Source: an uncultured Haloferula sp.
Lineage (GTDB): Bacteria; Verrucomicrobiota; Verrucomicrobiia; Verrucomicrobiales; Akkermansiaceae
Direction of reading: 5' to 3'
Length of the DNA: 64,000 nucleotides
Assembly: GCA_965652295.1 (NCBI GenBank)
Contig: CBFGTS010000005.1
Location: forward strand, 1-64,000
The notes under the pieces are model-generated. The model had not been told where the DNA came from. It worked only from the letters and a program-made list of their open reading frames with translations, and did not search any database. This document shows positions 18,471 through 27,879 of the stretch, piece by piece; within the stretch, counting starts at the first letter, position 1, and every line of letters starts with the position of its first letter. A program made the translations under genes and the position numbers.

Positions 18471-20020
18471 GGGGACGATTCGATTGGTGGTTCGAGTGCG
18501 GAGGCCATGGCCGGGATGGCGTTGAAACGGTCAATTAGACCTTCAACAGCATCGATTACGCTGCGATCCGCGCGGTAGAAGGCATGAAAGCAAATGGCTT
18601 TCAGGGCTGCCATTTCGGCACGCCGACGGTCCGGTCCGGCGAGGCGCACCGCCTCCAGCTTCTGTCGCACTCGAGGCAACCAGAACGGGCTCTCGCCCAC
18701 CGAAGACAGCTCCGCTTCAATATCTTCCAGATACCCGATGACCACCGACCCGGAGTCTTCACCTGCGGGTGTGTTCAGATAGCCTATGAGATGATCTTCG
18801 ACGCTTTGCAGGCAATTGTGGGCGTCGATTCTTCCGCAGAGGATTGCGTAAGCGTCAGCGACCGCGTCGAGGACAGACGAGAACTCCTCCAAATTCGTCC
18901 GGCAGAGATTGCTCCAGGGGAGTGATACGGTTTGGTGGAGCACACTCCTCATGTCGTCGATCCAGTTCGCGCGAAGCTGCTGCGAGTGTTCGAGGATCCG
19001 GCGATTCAACCCTGATGCGACGGTTGAGTGAATCAAGAACGCCCGCGCCTCCATCAGGGCATTGGAAAAGCCGTCTTCAGGGAGGCCGTCGTTTGGGATT
19101 GGCTTCGGGGTATTCTCAGGTGAGGGTGCGAAGTCGTCGCAACCCTCGTCACCAATCTCCTTTCCCAGGGCGCGGAACTCCTTGCCAACGGTCTCAGGGA
19201 AACACGTGGTGAACAAGCCGAGAAGTTTTCTCAATCGAGGCAGCCACACGAAAGTGGTTCCAGCCAGGGCCTTGCTTTTCGCCGCCCTGTAAGTATCGAC
19301 GAGGCTCGCGCCGACATCGTCCAGCATCATGTCCTGGCCAGAGTCCCAATCGATCGTGGTCGCCTCGCCGAGGTTTTTCAGAGCTTTCTGTGCGTCTTGG
19401 ATCTCATCGTGGACCTTTTTGGTTGCTTCCAGAATCTGGATCCGGTCGCGGAAGGTTTCAAACCCAGCGCGGAACGACTTGAATCGTAGTGCAACATCCT
19501 TTTGTTGGAATAGCGTCCACAGCGAAGCGCGAGAAAGTCGGGCTGCTCCGACCAAGCCATCAGGTTCGCTGCAGAGGCTTTTGAGCGCGAACTCAAGCTC
19601 GCCTGCGCGATTTCGAACGTCGGTAAGATCGACGAAAAGCCCGTCCATCCATTTGGGTAAGTCGAGACGGTTCCGGTTGTCGGTTCGGAGCTTCAGGGGA
19701 ATCAGCCTCTGCGCGCTTGGCTGATCGGGCGAAGGTTCACACCATGCAATCTCCGCACGGCAGGATTCGCTCGAGAAATATTCCGGACTCAGCACAAGCA
19801 CGACATGGTGCGAATTCGAAAGCGCAGCTTCGAGCGTGGGGCTCAGGCGGTCACCGGCCTGCAATCCGTATCCGTTGAGGTCTTCGGCCCCCGGCGCGAC
19901 GCACCGCCGCTCGGCATCGTCCATAAAAAACCGCACCCCGGCGGCTCGGAAAAGCGGGAGGAGCTCGTCCTCCACCCACGCCAGATCCGCGCGGCAGTAA
20001 CTGAGAAAAACGTGGCACAT
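18467..20020 (-). CDS. TIR domain protein with long uncharacterised helical C-terminal region
   Basis: HVFLSY, VRFFMD, G.....LEAALSNS..VVLVLSPEYFSSESCRAE. Stop overlaps the GTG start of the STAND gene. Confidence 0.85.
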   Translation of the reverse strand: MCHVFLSYCRADLAWVEDELLPLFRAAGVRFFMDDAERRCVAPGAEDLNGYGLQAGDRLSPTLEAALSNSHHVVLVLSPEYFSSESCRAEIAWCEPSPDQPSAQRLIPLKLRTDNRNRLDLPKWMDGLFVDLTDVRNRAGELEFALKSLCSEPDGLVGAARLSRASLWTLFQQKDVALRFKSFRAGFETFRDRIQILEATKKVHDEIQDAQKALKNLGEATTIDWDSGQDMMLDDVGASLVDTYRAAKSKALAGTTFVWLPRLRKLLGLFTTCFPETVGKEFRALGKEIGDEGCDDFAPSPENTPKPIPNDGLPEDGFSNALMEARAFLIHSTVASGLNRRILEHSQQLRANWIDDMRSVLHQTVSLPWSNLCRTNLEEFSSVLDAVADAYAILCGRIDAHNCLQSVEDHLIGYLNTPAGEDSGSVVIGYLEDIEAELSSVGESPFWLPRVRQKLEAVRLAGPDRRRAEMAALKAICFHAFYRADRSVIDAVEGLIDRFNAIPAMASALEPPIESSP

Positions 20021-20172
20021 ATTTCGAGTCGTGCGGGTGCTCGCAACGGGCTCCCATTGCAGATACTCTGCAAGTTATAGTTAGCTCCTATCATGCCGAC
20101 TCAGGATAGTAAACAAAAAGCGCTTTGCCTCTGAAACGCCTGTGGCGGTAACAGACCGCCTCGTCGCCCCAT

Positions 20173-21258
20173 TCATCCGCCCTTCACCGGCGCCTCAATA
20201 ATCCCCTCCTCGGTCTCCTGTTTCAGCCGGAGCTGGCCGCAGGCGGCGTCGATGTCGTGGCCTTTTTCGAGGCGGAGGGTGGCGGACACGCCGGCGGTTT
20301 TGAGGATGTCGCGGAAGGCGCGGCATTGCGGCTCGGACGGGCGGACCCAGTCGAGCCCCTCGACCTTGTTGTAGGGGATCAGGTTCACCTTGGCCTTCAG
20401 CCGCCGGGCGTGGGTGGCGAGGATGCGGGCCTGTTCGAGATCGTCGTTGACGTTCTGAATCAGGATGTACTCCAAGGTGAGGTGCTGTTTTTTACGGGAG
20501 TTCCAGTAGTCGAGCGCCTCGAACAGGGCGGCGGTGTCCCACTTCTTGTTCACCGGCATGATCTTGTTCCGCACCTCGTCGGTGGCACCGTGGAGGGAGA
20601 TGGCGAGGCGGATCTGCTGCGGGTGGTCGGCGAGGTCGCGGATGCGGGGAACGAGACCGGAGGTGGAAATGGTGAGGTGCCGGGCACCAAGGTGCAGGCC
20701 CCATTCGGCGGTGATGATCTCGATCGCCGCCATCAGGTGGTCGAAATTCGCGAAGGGCTCGCCCATGCCCATGAAGACGAGGTTGTCGACGCGCTCGCCG
20801 GAGAGTCGCTCGGCGGCGAGGACCTGGCCGGCGATTTCGGCGGGCTCCAGATTTCTCGAAAAACCGGCCAGCCCGGAGGCGCAGAACTTGCAGCCGTAGG
20901 CGCAGCCGACCTGGGAGGAGACGCAGAGCGTGCGGCGGTCGGAGCGCTCGCCGTAGAGGGCGGGGTTGGCGGGGATGAGGACGCTCTCGACGTAGCGGCC
21001 GTCGTGAAGTTTGAAGAGGAACTTCCGCGTGGTGTCGGCACTGCCCTGGGTGTGGGCGTGGTCGAGCGCGTGCAGACGGAACTCCGCGGCGAGCTTGTCC
21101 CGCAGCGCGGCGGGCAGGTTGGTCATTTCGTCGAACGACCCGACCTGCTTTTTCCACACCCAGTCGAGGACCTGCCCGGCGCGGAAGGCGGGCTGGTCCC
21201 ATTCCTCCATCAGGGAGGCGAGTTCATCCTTGGAAAATCCGGTGAGGGCGGGCTGCAC
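20173..21258 (-). CDS. rlmN: Dual-specificity RNA methyltransferase RlmN
   Basis: CVSSQVGCAYGCKFC radical-SAM motif, FMGMGEP, ISTSG, DIDAACGQL. Confidence 0.96.
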   Translation of the reverse strand: MQPALTGFSKDELASLMEEWDQPAFRAGQVLDWVWKKQVGSFDEMTNLPAALRDKLAAEFRLHALDHAHTQGSADTTRKFLFKLHDGRYVESVLIPANPALYGERSDRRTLCVSSQVGCAYGCKFCASGLAGFSRNLEPAEIAGQVLAAERLSGERVDNLVFMGMGEPFANFDHLMAAIEIITAEWGLHLGARHLTISTSGLVPRIRDLADHPQQIRLAISLHGATDEVRNKIMPVNKKWDTAALFEALDYWNSRKKQHLTLEYILIQNVNDDLEQARILATHARRLKAKVNLIPYNKVEGLDWVRPSEPQCRAFRDILKTAGVSATLRLEKGHDIDAACGQLRLKQETEEGIIEAPVKGG

Positions 21259-21321
21259 GGCGGCAGCATGCCTGAAATCCGCGCGCTGGCAAATCCGCCC
21301 CGGAACGAAATCGCGCGCGCC

Positions 21322-21729
21322 TTATTCGTCCTCCATGAACTCCTCGTGACCGGCCTTCTTGGCCTCGCGCAGGGCTTTCACCAGCTCCTGGACCTTCTCC
21401 TTGTCGCCAGCGAGGAAGGCACCTTCGATCTCGCACATGGCGACGAGGGCCTGGGCGATGTGCTTGCGGTAGGCGGCCATGGCCGGCTCCGCACCCCCCG
21501 GATGGCCGCCTTTTTCGACCAGCGCGGGTGTCAGGGTGAAGGCCTTGAGCAGCGCCTCCTGTCCGTCGCGGGCCAGCTTGGCGCCCTCCGCGTTGTCTTC
21601 GGTCCGGCGCAGCGCCTTGTAGGCATCGTTGAAAGCCTCCATCGACTCGCCAAGCGGCGTTTCATCGGCAGCCACAGGCATCAGCGAGGCCAGCGCCACG
21701 GCGAACAGCGGAAAAAGCAATTTTTTCAT
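21322..21729 (-). CDS. Cytochrome b562-like periplasmic four-helix protein
   Basis: Signal peptide, N-terminal LGESM (Met ligand) and C-terminal KKAGHEEF (His ligand). Confidence 0.7.
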   Translation of the reverse strand: MKKLLFPLFAVALASLMPVAADETPLGESMEAFNDAYKALRRTEDNAEGAKLARDGQEALLKAFTLTPALVEKGGHPGGAEPAMAAYRKHIAQALVAMCEIEGAFLAGDKEKVQELVKALREAKKAGHEEFMEDE

Positions 21730-21825
21730 ACGCGGGCAATACACGCGTAGCGGCTCCGACCTGTCAACGGGGGCGCGCGGCTTCCCCTCTTGGCGAAGCG
21801 GAAATCGCCGTTCATTCTCCCGCCG

Positions 21826-24321
21826 ATGTCCGGCACGAAGCTCACCCCGATGATGGCGCAATACCAACAGATGCGCCGCTCGCTGCCTGCCGACGTGCTG
21901 CTGCTCTTCCGCCTCGGGGATTTCTACGAAATGTTCTTCGAGGACGCGCAGACCGCCGCGCCGATCCTCAACGTCGCCCTGACCCGCCGCAATTCGGTGC
22001 CGATGTGCGGCGTGCCCTACCACGCGGCCGACAACTACATCTCGCGCCTGGTCAAGGCCGGCAGGCGTGTCGCGATCGCCGAGCAGACGACCGATCCGGT
22101 TCCGGGGAAAATCGTCGAGCGCGAGATCGCCCGGATCATTTCCGCCGGCTCGGTCATCGAGGAACACCTCCTCGACGGCACCCGCCCGAACCACCTCGCG
22201 GCGGTCTTTCTCCTCGGGAAAAAACTCGGCCTCGCCTGCGTCGATCACACCACCGGCGCGTTCAGCGTGGCCGAGTTCGACGCCCGCGGCGCGCTGCTCG
22301 ACGAGCTCGCCCGGCTGACGCCCTCGGAGCTGCTGTTTTCCGACGAACAGCACGACCACTTCGGCGATTTCCGCGCGGGCCAGTCGTATGATGCCTTCGC
22401 CTTCCTGCCGGAGCCGGCGGGTCAGCTGCTATGCGATCATTTCAGCGTCCACTCGCTGGATGGCTTCGGCTGCGCCGGCCTGCACGCCGCCACCGGGGCC
22501 GCCGGCGCGGTGCTGCACTACCTCATCCACCAGCTCCGCCGCCCCTGCGACCACCTCCGCAGCCTCAAGGTCCGCGAGGATGCGCGCACGGTGCTCATCG
22601 ATGCCGCCTCGCAGGCGAACCTCGACCTCATCGACTCCCGTTCCGGCCGCAAGCACACGCTGCTCGGCGTGCTCGACCGCACCAAGACGCCGATGGGCGC
22701 GCGCCTGCTGCGCGACTGGATCCTCCACCCGTTGCGCGACATGGAGCCCCTGCTCGCGCGGCAGGACTTCATCGCCGCCTTCCTCGCCGAGCCATTTCTG
22801 CACTCGAAAATCCGGGAGTCGCTGCAAGGCATCCGCGACGTCGAGCGCACCACCGTCCGCCTCTCCCAGGGCGCCGGCAACGCTCGCGACCTCCTCGCCC
22901 TCGCCACCTCCCTCGACCACATCCCGGCGCTCAAGGAAGATCTCGTTTCCCTCTCCCAATCGACAATCTTCAATCTTCAATCTTCAATCTTCGAGCATCT
23001 CCACGATTTCTCCGAACTCACCACCCTGCTCGGAAACGCCCTTTCGGACGAACCACCCGCCACGCTCAAGGACGGCGGCATCATCCGCGATGGCCACTGC
23101 GCCGAGCTCGACGAACTCCGCTCCGCCTCGCGCGATGGGAAAAAGTGGATCGCCAGGCTCCAGGAGGACGAGCGCAAGCGCACCGGCATCGACTCGCTGA
23201 AGGTGAAGTTCAACAACGTCTTCGGCTACTTCATCGAGATCACCACCGCCAAGCTCGCCACCGCCACCATCCCCGACGACTACACGCGCAAGCAGACCAT
23301 GGCCAACGCCGAGCGCTTCATCACCCCCGCGCTCAAGGAGATGGAAAGCAAGGTCCTCGGTGCCGAGGAGCGCGCCAAGCAGCTCGAATACGAACTCTTC
23401 CTCGAACTCCGCCAGCAGGTCTGCACCCATCTCGACACGCTCCAGGAAACCGCCGCCGCCGTGGCGGAAATCGACGTCCTCGCCGGCCTCGCCGAAACCG
23501 CGAGAACCCACAACCACTGCCGCCCGCAGCTTGAGGAAAGCCGCCGCCTCGAAATCACCGACGGCCGCCACCCGGTGCTTGAGCAGACGCTGGTCGATGA
23601 AAAATTCGTCCCCAACGACACCGGTTTCGATCCCGACGAGTCGCTCGTCCAGATCCTCACCGGCCCGAACATGGCGGGGAAATCAACCTACATCCGCCAG
23701 GTCGCGCTCATCACCCTGATGGCCCAGATCGGTGCCTATGTTCCCGCCGCCTCCGCGACGGTGGGCCTCGTCGATCGCATCTTCTGCCGCGTCGGCGCGT
23801 CCGACGATCTTTCCCGCGGCCAGTCCACCTTCATGGTCGAGATGAACGAAACCGCGCTCATCCTCAACCACGCCACCGACAAGAGCCTGGTCATCCTTGA
23901 TGAAATCGGCCGCGGCACCGCCACCTTCGACGGCCTCTCCATCGCCTGGGCCGTGGCCGAGCACCTGCACGATCAGATTTCCTGCCGCACGCTCTTCGCC
24001 ACCCATTACCACGAGCTGACCGATCTCACGGAAACCAAGGCATCGGTGGCGAACTTCAACGTCGCCGTCCGCGAGTGGAACGAGGAGATCATCTTCCTCC
24101 GCAAGATCCTCCCCGGTGCCGCCGACAAGAGCTACGGCATCCAGGTCGCCCGTCTCGCTGGCCTGCCCGCCCCCGTCATCGAACGCGCCCGCGACATCCT
24201 CTCCCACCTTGAGATGCACTCCGCCAAGCCCGACGCCAAAAAGCGCGGCCCCAAGGCGAAGAACACGAGGCCAAAGGACATGCCCGAGCCGAACCCACCG
24301 CAGTTGGATTTGTTCCAATAG
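21826..24321 (+). CDS. mutS: DNA mismatch repair protein MutS
   Basis: TPMMAQY, LGDFYEMFFEDA, TGPNMAGKSTY, STFMVEM, DEIGRGT, FATHYHEL and C-terminal beta-clamp motif QLDLF. Confidence 0.98.
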   Translation: MSGTKLTPMMAQYQQMRRSLPADVLLLFRLGDFYEMFFEDAQTAAPILNVALTRRNSVPMCGVPYHAADNYISRLVKAGRRVAIAEQTTDPVPGKIVEREIARIISAGSVIEEHLLDGTRPNHLAAVFLLGKKLGLACVDHTTGAFSVAEFDARGALLDELARLTPSELLFSDEQHDHFGDFRAGQSYDAFAFLPEPAGQLLCDHFSVHSLDGFGCAGLHAATGAAGAVLHYLIHQLRRPCDHLRSLKVREDARTVLIDAASQANLDLIDSRSGRKHTLLGVLDRTKTPMGARLLRDWILHPLRDMEPLLARQDFIAAFLAEPFLHSKIRESLQGIRDVERTTVRLSQGAGNARDLLALATSLDHIPALKEDLVSLSQSTIFNLQSSIFEHLHDFSELTTLLGNALSDEPPATLKDGGIIRDGHCAELDELRSASRDGKKWIARLQEDERKRTGIDSLKVKFNNVFGYFIEITTAKLATATIPDDYTRKQTMANAERFITPALKEMESKVLGAEERAKQLEYELFLELRQQVCTHLDTLQETAAAVAEIDVLAGLAETARTHNHCRPQLEESRRLEITDGRHPVLEQTLVDEKFVPNDTGFDPDESLVQILTGPNMAGKSTYIRQVALITLMAQIGAYVPAASATVGLVDRIFCRVGASDDLSRGQSTFMVEMNETALILNHATDKSLVILDEIGRGTATFDGLSIAWAVAEHLHDQISCRTLFATHYHELTDLTETKASVANFNVAVREWNEEIIFLRKILPGAADKSYGIQVARLAGLPAPVIERARDILSHLEMHSAKPDAKKRGPKAKNTRPKDMPEPNPPQLDLFQ
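22957..22991 (+). repeat. Heptanucleotide tandem repeat (CAATCTT x4 plus a degenerate CAATCGA) within mutS
   Basis: caatcga caatctt caatctt caatctt caatctt read directly. Confidence 0.95.
24188..24309 (+). repeat. Direct repeat copy 1 (mutS 3' end)
   Basis: 122 bp with 10 mismatches (manual count) against 26384-26505. Confidence 0.95.
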
Positions 24322-24408
24322 CATTCGCAAGTAGTACGCAATCAGATTTCTGAATTTCACCTTGCAAGCTGCAAGCACATCGTTAATACTTGATAACAAT
24401 ATATTTTT

Positions 24409-26376
24409 ATGAAAATATATTCTATAGCCATTGTTCTTGCGTGTGTCCAAAGCATGGCGGGAGGCATTCTTCATGTGGACCAGAGTGCGATCGGTAACAA
24501 TAACGGGAGCACTTGGGAGAATGCCTACACGAACCTTCAGGACGCGCTACGTGCGGCCACGCCGCTTGATGAGGTTTGGGTAGCGGAAGGGGTTTATTAT
24601 CCGGATGTGGGTGCCGGGCAAACTAGCGGAGACCGTATGTCCACGTTCATTATTCCTCAAGGAGTTCCTGTCTTTGGCGGATTTCCACGAGGAGGAGCAG
24701 CGATGGGGAACCGGGACACAATGGAAAACCAGACGGTCCTGTCAGGCGACATTGACGCGAATGACGATACCACCGGCGATCGTTCGATGAACTGCTATCA
24801 TGTCGTCACGGTAGGAATGGTCGACACGAACACCTACTTGGACGGACTCGTCATCACCGGTGGCAATGCAAACGGCTCGGAGCCCCACAATTATGGAGGG
24901 GGGGTCTTCGGTCCCGATTTCAACGCTGCCCTCGGCTTGATCGACTGTTATTTTCGAGATAACATGGCGGCGATTGGGGGTGGTGCGGTCTGGGGCCTGA
25001 GGAAATCGAGAATCGAGGGATGCACTTTTGAAAACAACCTGTCCCAGGCTGGCGGAGGTGCTCTCGACCACAATCCCGTTTACAGTCTGCCTATTGCACA
25101 GGTCATTGATTGTGTATTTCGCGGCAACCAGGGGGGATTCGGTGGCGCCGTGAACGGTGCTGGGTCGGTTGAAAACTCTCTTTTCATCGCCAATTCGGCA
25201 CAATATGGCGGCGCTGGAAGTGGGGTAACGACTTACCTCAACTGCCGTTTTTTCGCCAACGAGGCCCAGTACGAAGGAGGAGCTCTTTACGGAGCTTCCG
25301 CGGAGAGCTGCGACTTTTCCGGCAACCGGTCGGGACAGCATGGGGGTGCAGTCGCGATTCCCGATGTGGAAAACCCTATCATGCTGTTGAACTGCCGTTT
25401 CCGAGGCAATGAAGCGGACTGGTATGGCGGAGCCGTCTACCTTAGAGCGAACGTGCATGCCGGAATGGAGGCCCACAATTGTCTGTTTCAGGGTAACCGT
25501 GCCGGCCGGCTCGGAGGAGCGCTCGGCACGTTCAACCAGAGCAGCGCCACGCTGATCAATTGCTCCTTGCAGGGCAATTCGGCTGACGCGCAGGGAGGTG
25601 GTCTTTATGTGGGGTACCGAGGCGGCCTCACCATCCGCAATACGGTGGCCTGGAACAACCAAGCAAGCGGGGCATCTGCCACGGCGAATTCATCTTTAGG
25701 GAATCCCCACGATTACGAAGTTACAGTCTCCAATTCCTTGATCGAAATGATCACATCAGGTGGCACTAACCTCGACGGCTTCGATCCAAGCAACGATCCC
25801 AATTTTCTTCTTCCGATCGATCCGAATCACGCTCCTTCGGTGGTGGGCGACCTCCGCTTTGCATCCGGCTCGCCTTTGCTCGATCAAGGAGGAAACGAGT
25901 GGGTGAGCCTATCGGAAGACCTTCAGAAAAGCGTCCGAATCCAAAATTCGGTGGTCGATATTGGAGCTTATGAGGGAGATTCCACGGATCCAATCTCAGA
26001 GGGATGGTTGGACGATCCTGACGGGGATGGAGTTCCGACAGGGTTGGAGCTGGCGCTTGGCCGGAACCCGGTGAGCGCGGAATACTCGGACCCTCGCAAC
26101 CTGAGAGTAGTCGAGGTCAACCCAGGCCAGTCCGCCACCCTGAGCTTAGGGTTGGGCAGCCCGCCGACAGGGACTTTCATGGCGATCACCCGCTCAACCT
26201 CCTTGTCGACTGGCGATCGCGAGCTAATCTGCCTAACAACTGAAACGCAATGCTATTCATCACCCGAGGTTGCTGTTCAGCATGCGGCTTCGGGATTTAT
26301 TATTACAGACGGTGAAGCTTCCGGTCCTCGGGCTTTCTATTATATAGAGGCCGCCTACGCTCCACCGCCGCCTTGA
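24409..26376 (+). CDS. Secreted parallel beta-helix protein (Pmp-like GGA/FxxN repeats, choice-of-anchor-Q-like DIGAYE) with C-terminal DxDGDG domain
   Basis: Signal peptide, many F.xN...GGA repeats, DIGAYE, DPDGDGVPTGLELALGRNP and terminal RAFYYIEA. Visibly AT-richer than its neighbours. Confidence 0.8.
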   Translation: MKIYSIAIVLACVQSMAGGILHVDQSAIGNNNGSTWENAYTNLQDALRAATPLDEVWVAEGVYYPDVGAGQTSGDRMSTFIIPQGVPVFGGFPRGGAAMGNRDTMENQTVLSGDIDANDDTTGDRSMNCYHVVTVGMVDTNTYLDGLVITGGNANGSEPHNYGGGVFGPDFNAALGLIDCYFRDNMAAIGGGAVWGLRKSRIEGCTFENNLSQAGGGALDHNPVYSLPIAQVIDCVFRGNQGGFGGAVNGAGSVENSLFIANSAQYGGAGSGVTTYLNCRFFANEAQYEGGALYGASAESCDFSGNRSGQHGGAVAIPDVENPIMLLNCRFRGNEADWYGGAVYLRANVHAGMEAHNCLFQGNRAGRLGGALGTFNQSSATLINCSLQGNSADAQGGGLYVGYRGGLTIRNTVAWNNQASGASATANSSLGNPHDYEVTVSNSLIEMITSGGTNLDGFDPSNDPNFLLPIDPNHAPSVVGDLRFASGSPLLDQGGNEWVSLSEDLQKSVRIQNSVVDIGAYEGDSTDPISEGWLDDPDGDGVPTGLELALGRNPVSAEYSDPRNLRVVEVNPGQSATLSLGLGSPPTGTFMAITRSTSLSTGDRELICLTTETQCYSSPEVAVQHAASGFIITDGEASGPRAFYYIEAAYAPPPP

Positions 26377-26383
26377 TCCTACC

Positions 26384-26516
26384 CCCGCGGCATCCTCAGC
26401 CACCTTGAGATGCACTCCGCCAAGCCCGACGCCAAAAAGCGCGGACCCAAGGCGAAGAACACGCGCCCCAAGGACATGCTCAAGCCGAACCCGCCGCAGT
26501 TGGATGGTTCGGGTGA
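26384..26516 (+). pseudogene. Displaced remnant of the mutS 3' end (direct repeat copy 2)
   Basis: Encodes ILSHLEMHSAKPDAKKRGPKAKNTRPKDMLKPNPPQLD, then diverges where mutS has LF. Confidence 0.85.
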
Positions 26517-26669
26517 GGCCAGTTCTGAGGGCCGGAGCCGGGACATTCCCTGTCGCTGGGACAGCCCCAGTCGTCCAAATCGCCCTGTCGGTCAGCCGCA
26601 CAAATGCCGCTGCCCCAACGATCGCGATTCCCATGGCATTCCGTCCCGCTGCGTTCATGGTTCCCGACG

Positions 26670-27872
26670 ATGAAACGCCTCGCCACCGCCCTTCTTCTCA
26701 TCGCCACCCCGCTGCTCCACGCCGCGGAGGCTCCGCCCCTCGACGAACACGGCAACCCCGCCGGTTTCAAGACCCTGAAAATCGGCGACCCCGCCCCGGA
26801 CTTCAGCCTGCCCGGCATCGATGGCCGCAGCTGGTCGCTCGCGGATTTCTCCGAACACGAGATCCTCATGGTCCTCTTCACCTCGAACCATTGCCCCACC
26901 TCCCACGCGATCGAAAAGCGGCTGCAGAAGCTTCGCGACGACTACCGCGACCGCGGTTTCGGCCTGGTGGCGATCATGCCCAACCATCCCGACGGCATCC
27001 GGATCGACGAGCTGGGTTTCGGCGAGTTCAACGACTCTTTCGAAGACATGAAACCCTATGCCGAGCTCAACGGCTGGGATTTCCCCTACCTCTACGATGG
27101 CGAAAAGCAGGCCACCGCCCGCGCCTACGGCTGCCTGGCCACGCCGCATGTCTTCATTTTCGACAAAGAACGCCGCCTCCAATACGCCGGACGTTTCGAT
27201 GACTCCCGCTTCATCGAGGAATCCACCGTCAAGAGTCCCGATGCGCGCAAAGCGCTTGAGGACCTGTTCGCCAAACGCCCCGTCGCCGTCCCGCTCACCC
27301 GGCCGCATGGCTGCTCGACGAAATGGCGGGAAAAGCATGCGGAGAAGGTGGCCGTGGCCGAAGCCTGGAAAAAACTGCCGGTCACGATGGAGACGATCGA
27401 TGTCGAAGGCGTGGCCGCCCTGCGCGCGAATCCCACCGACAAGTATCGCCTCGTCAACATCTGGGCCACCTGGTGCGCCCCCTGCGTCGAGGAGTTTCCC
27501 ACCCTGGTGGCGATCTCCCGCCAGTACGACATGCGGAATTTCGAACTGATCACCGTCAGTCTCGACAAACCGGAGCAGCAGGAGAAGGCACGGGCGTTCT
27601 TGCAAGGCCAGGGCGCGGGCCTGACCCGGAACGTCGAGACCTCAGTCAAAAAGGAAGGTCGCAACACCAATCACTACCTGTTCACCGGCGCGAGCCAGGA
27701 CGACCTCGTCGCTGCACTCGACAAGGATTGGCCCGGTCCGCTGCCGCACACCGTCCTCATCGCCCCCGGCGGAGAAATCATCTGGCGGCACAACGGCGTG
27801 ATCGACGGTGCCGAAGCCCGGTCCAAGATCGCCACGGCTCTCACGCGCTACTACTCGCCGCCGACTGAATAG
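26670..27872 (+). CDS. Exported double redoxin (AhpC/TSA + TlpA-like) protein
   Basis: Signal peptide, GDPAPDFSLPGIDG, SNHCP and a second domain with NIWATWCAPC. Confidence 0.85.
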   Translation: MKRLATALLLIATPLLHAAEAPPLDEHGNPAGFKTLKIGDPAPDFSLPGIDGRSWSLADFSEHEILMVLFTSNHCPTSHAIEKRLQKLRDDYRDRGFGLVAIMPNHPDGIRIDELGFGEFNDSFEDMKPYAELNGWDFPYLYDGEKQATARAYGCLATPHVFIFDKERRLQYAGRFDDSRFIEESTVKSPDARKALEDLFAKRPVAVPLTRPHGCSTKWREKHAEKVAVAEAWKKLPVTMETIDVEGVAALRANPTDKYRLVNIWATWCAPCVEEFPTLVAISRQYDMRNFELITVSLDKPEQQEKARAFLQGQGAGLTRNVETSVKKEGRNTNHYLFTGASQDDLVAALDKDWPGPLPHTVLIAPGGEIIWRHNGVIDGAEARSKIATALTRYYSPPTE

Positions 27873-27879
27873 GACGAAC

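Noticed and set aside
2690..20173. Prophage, ICE or IS as carrier of the island
   Set aside because: No integrase, transposase, tRNA or terminal repeats detected by eye.
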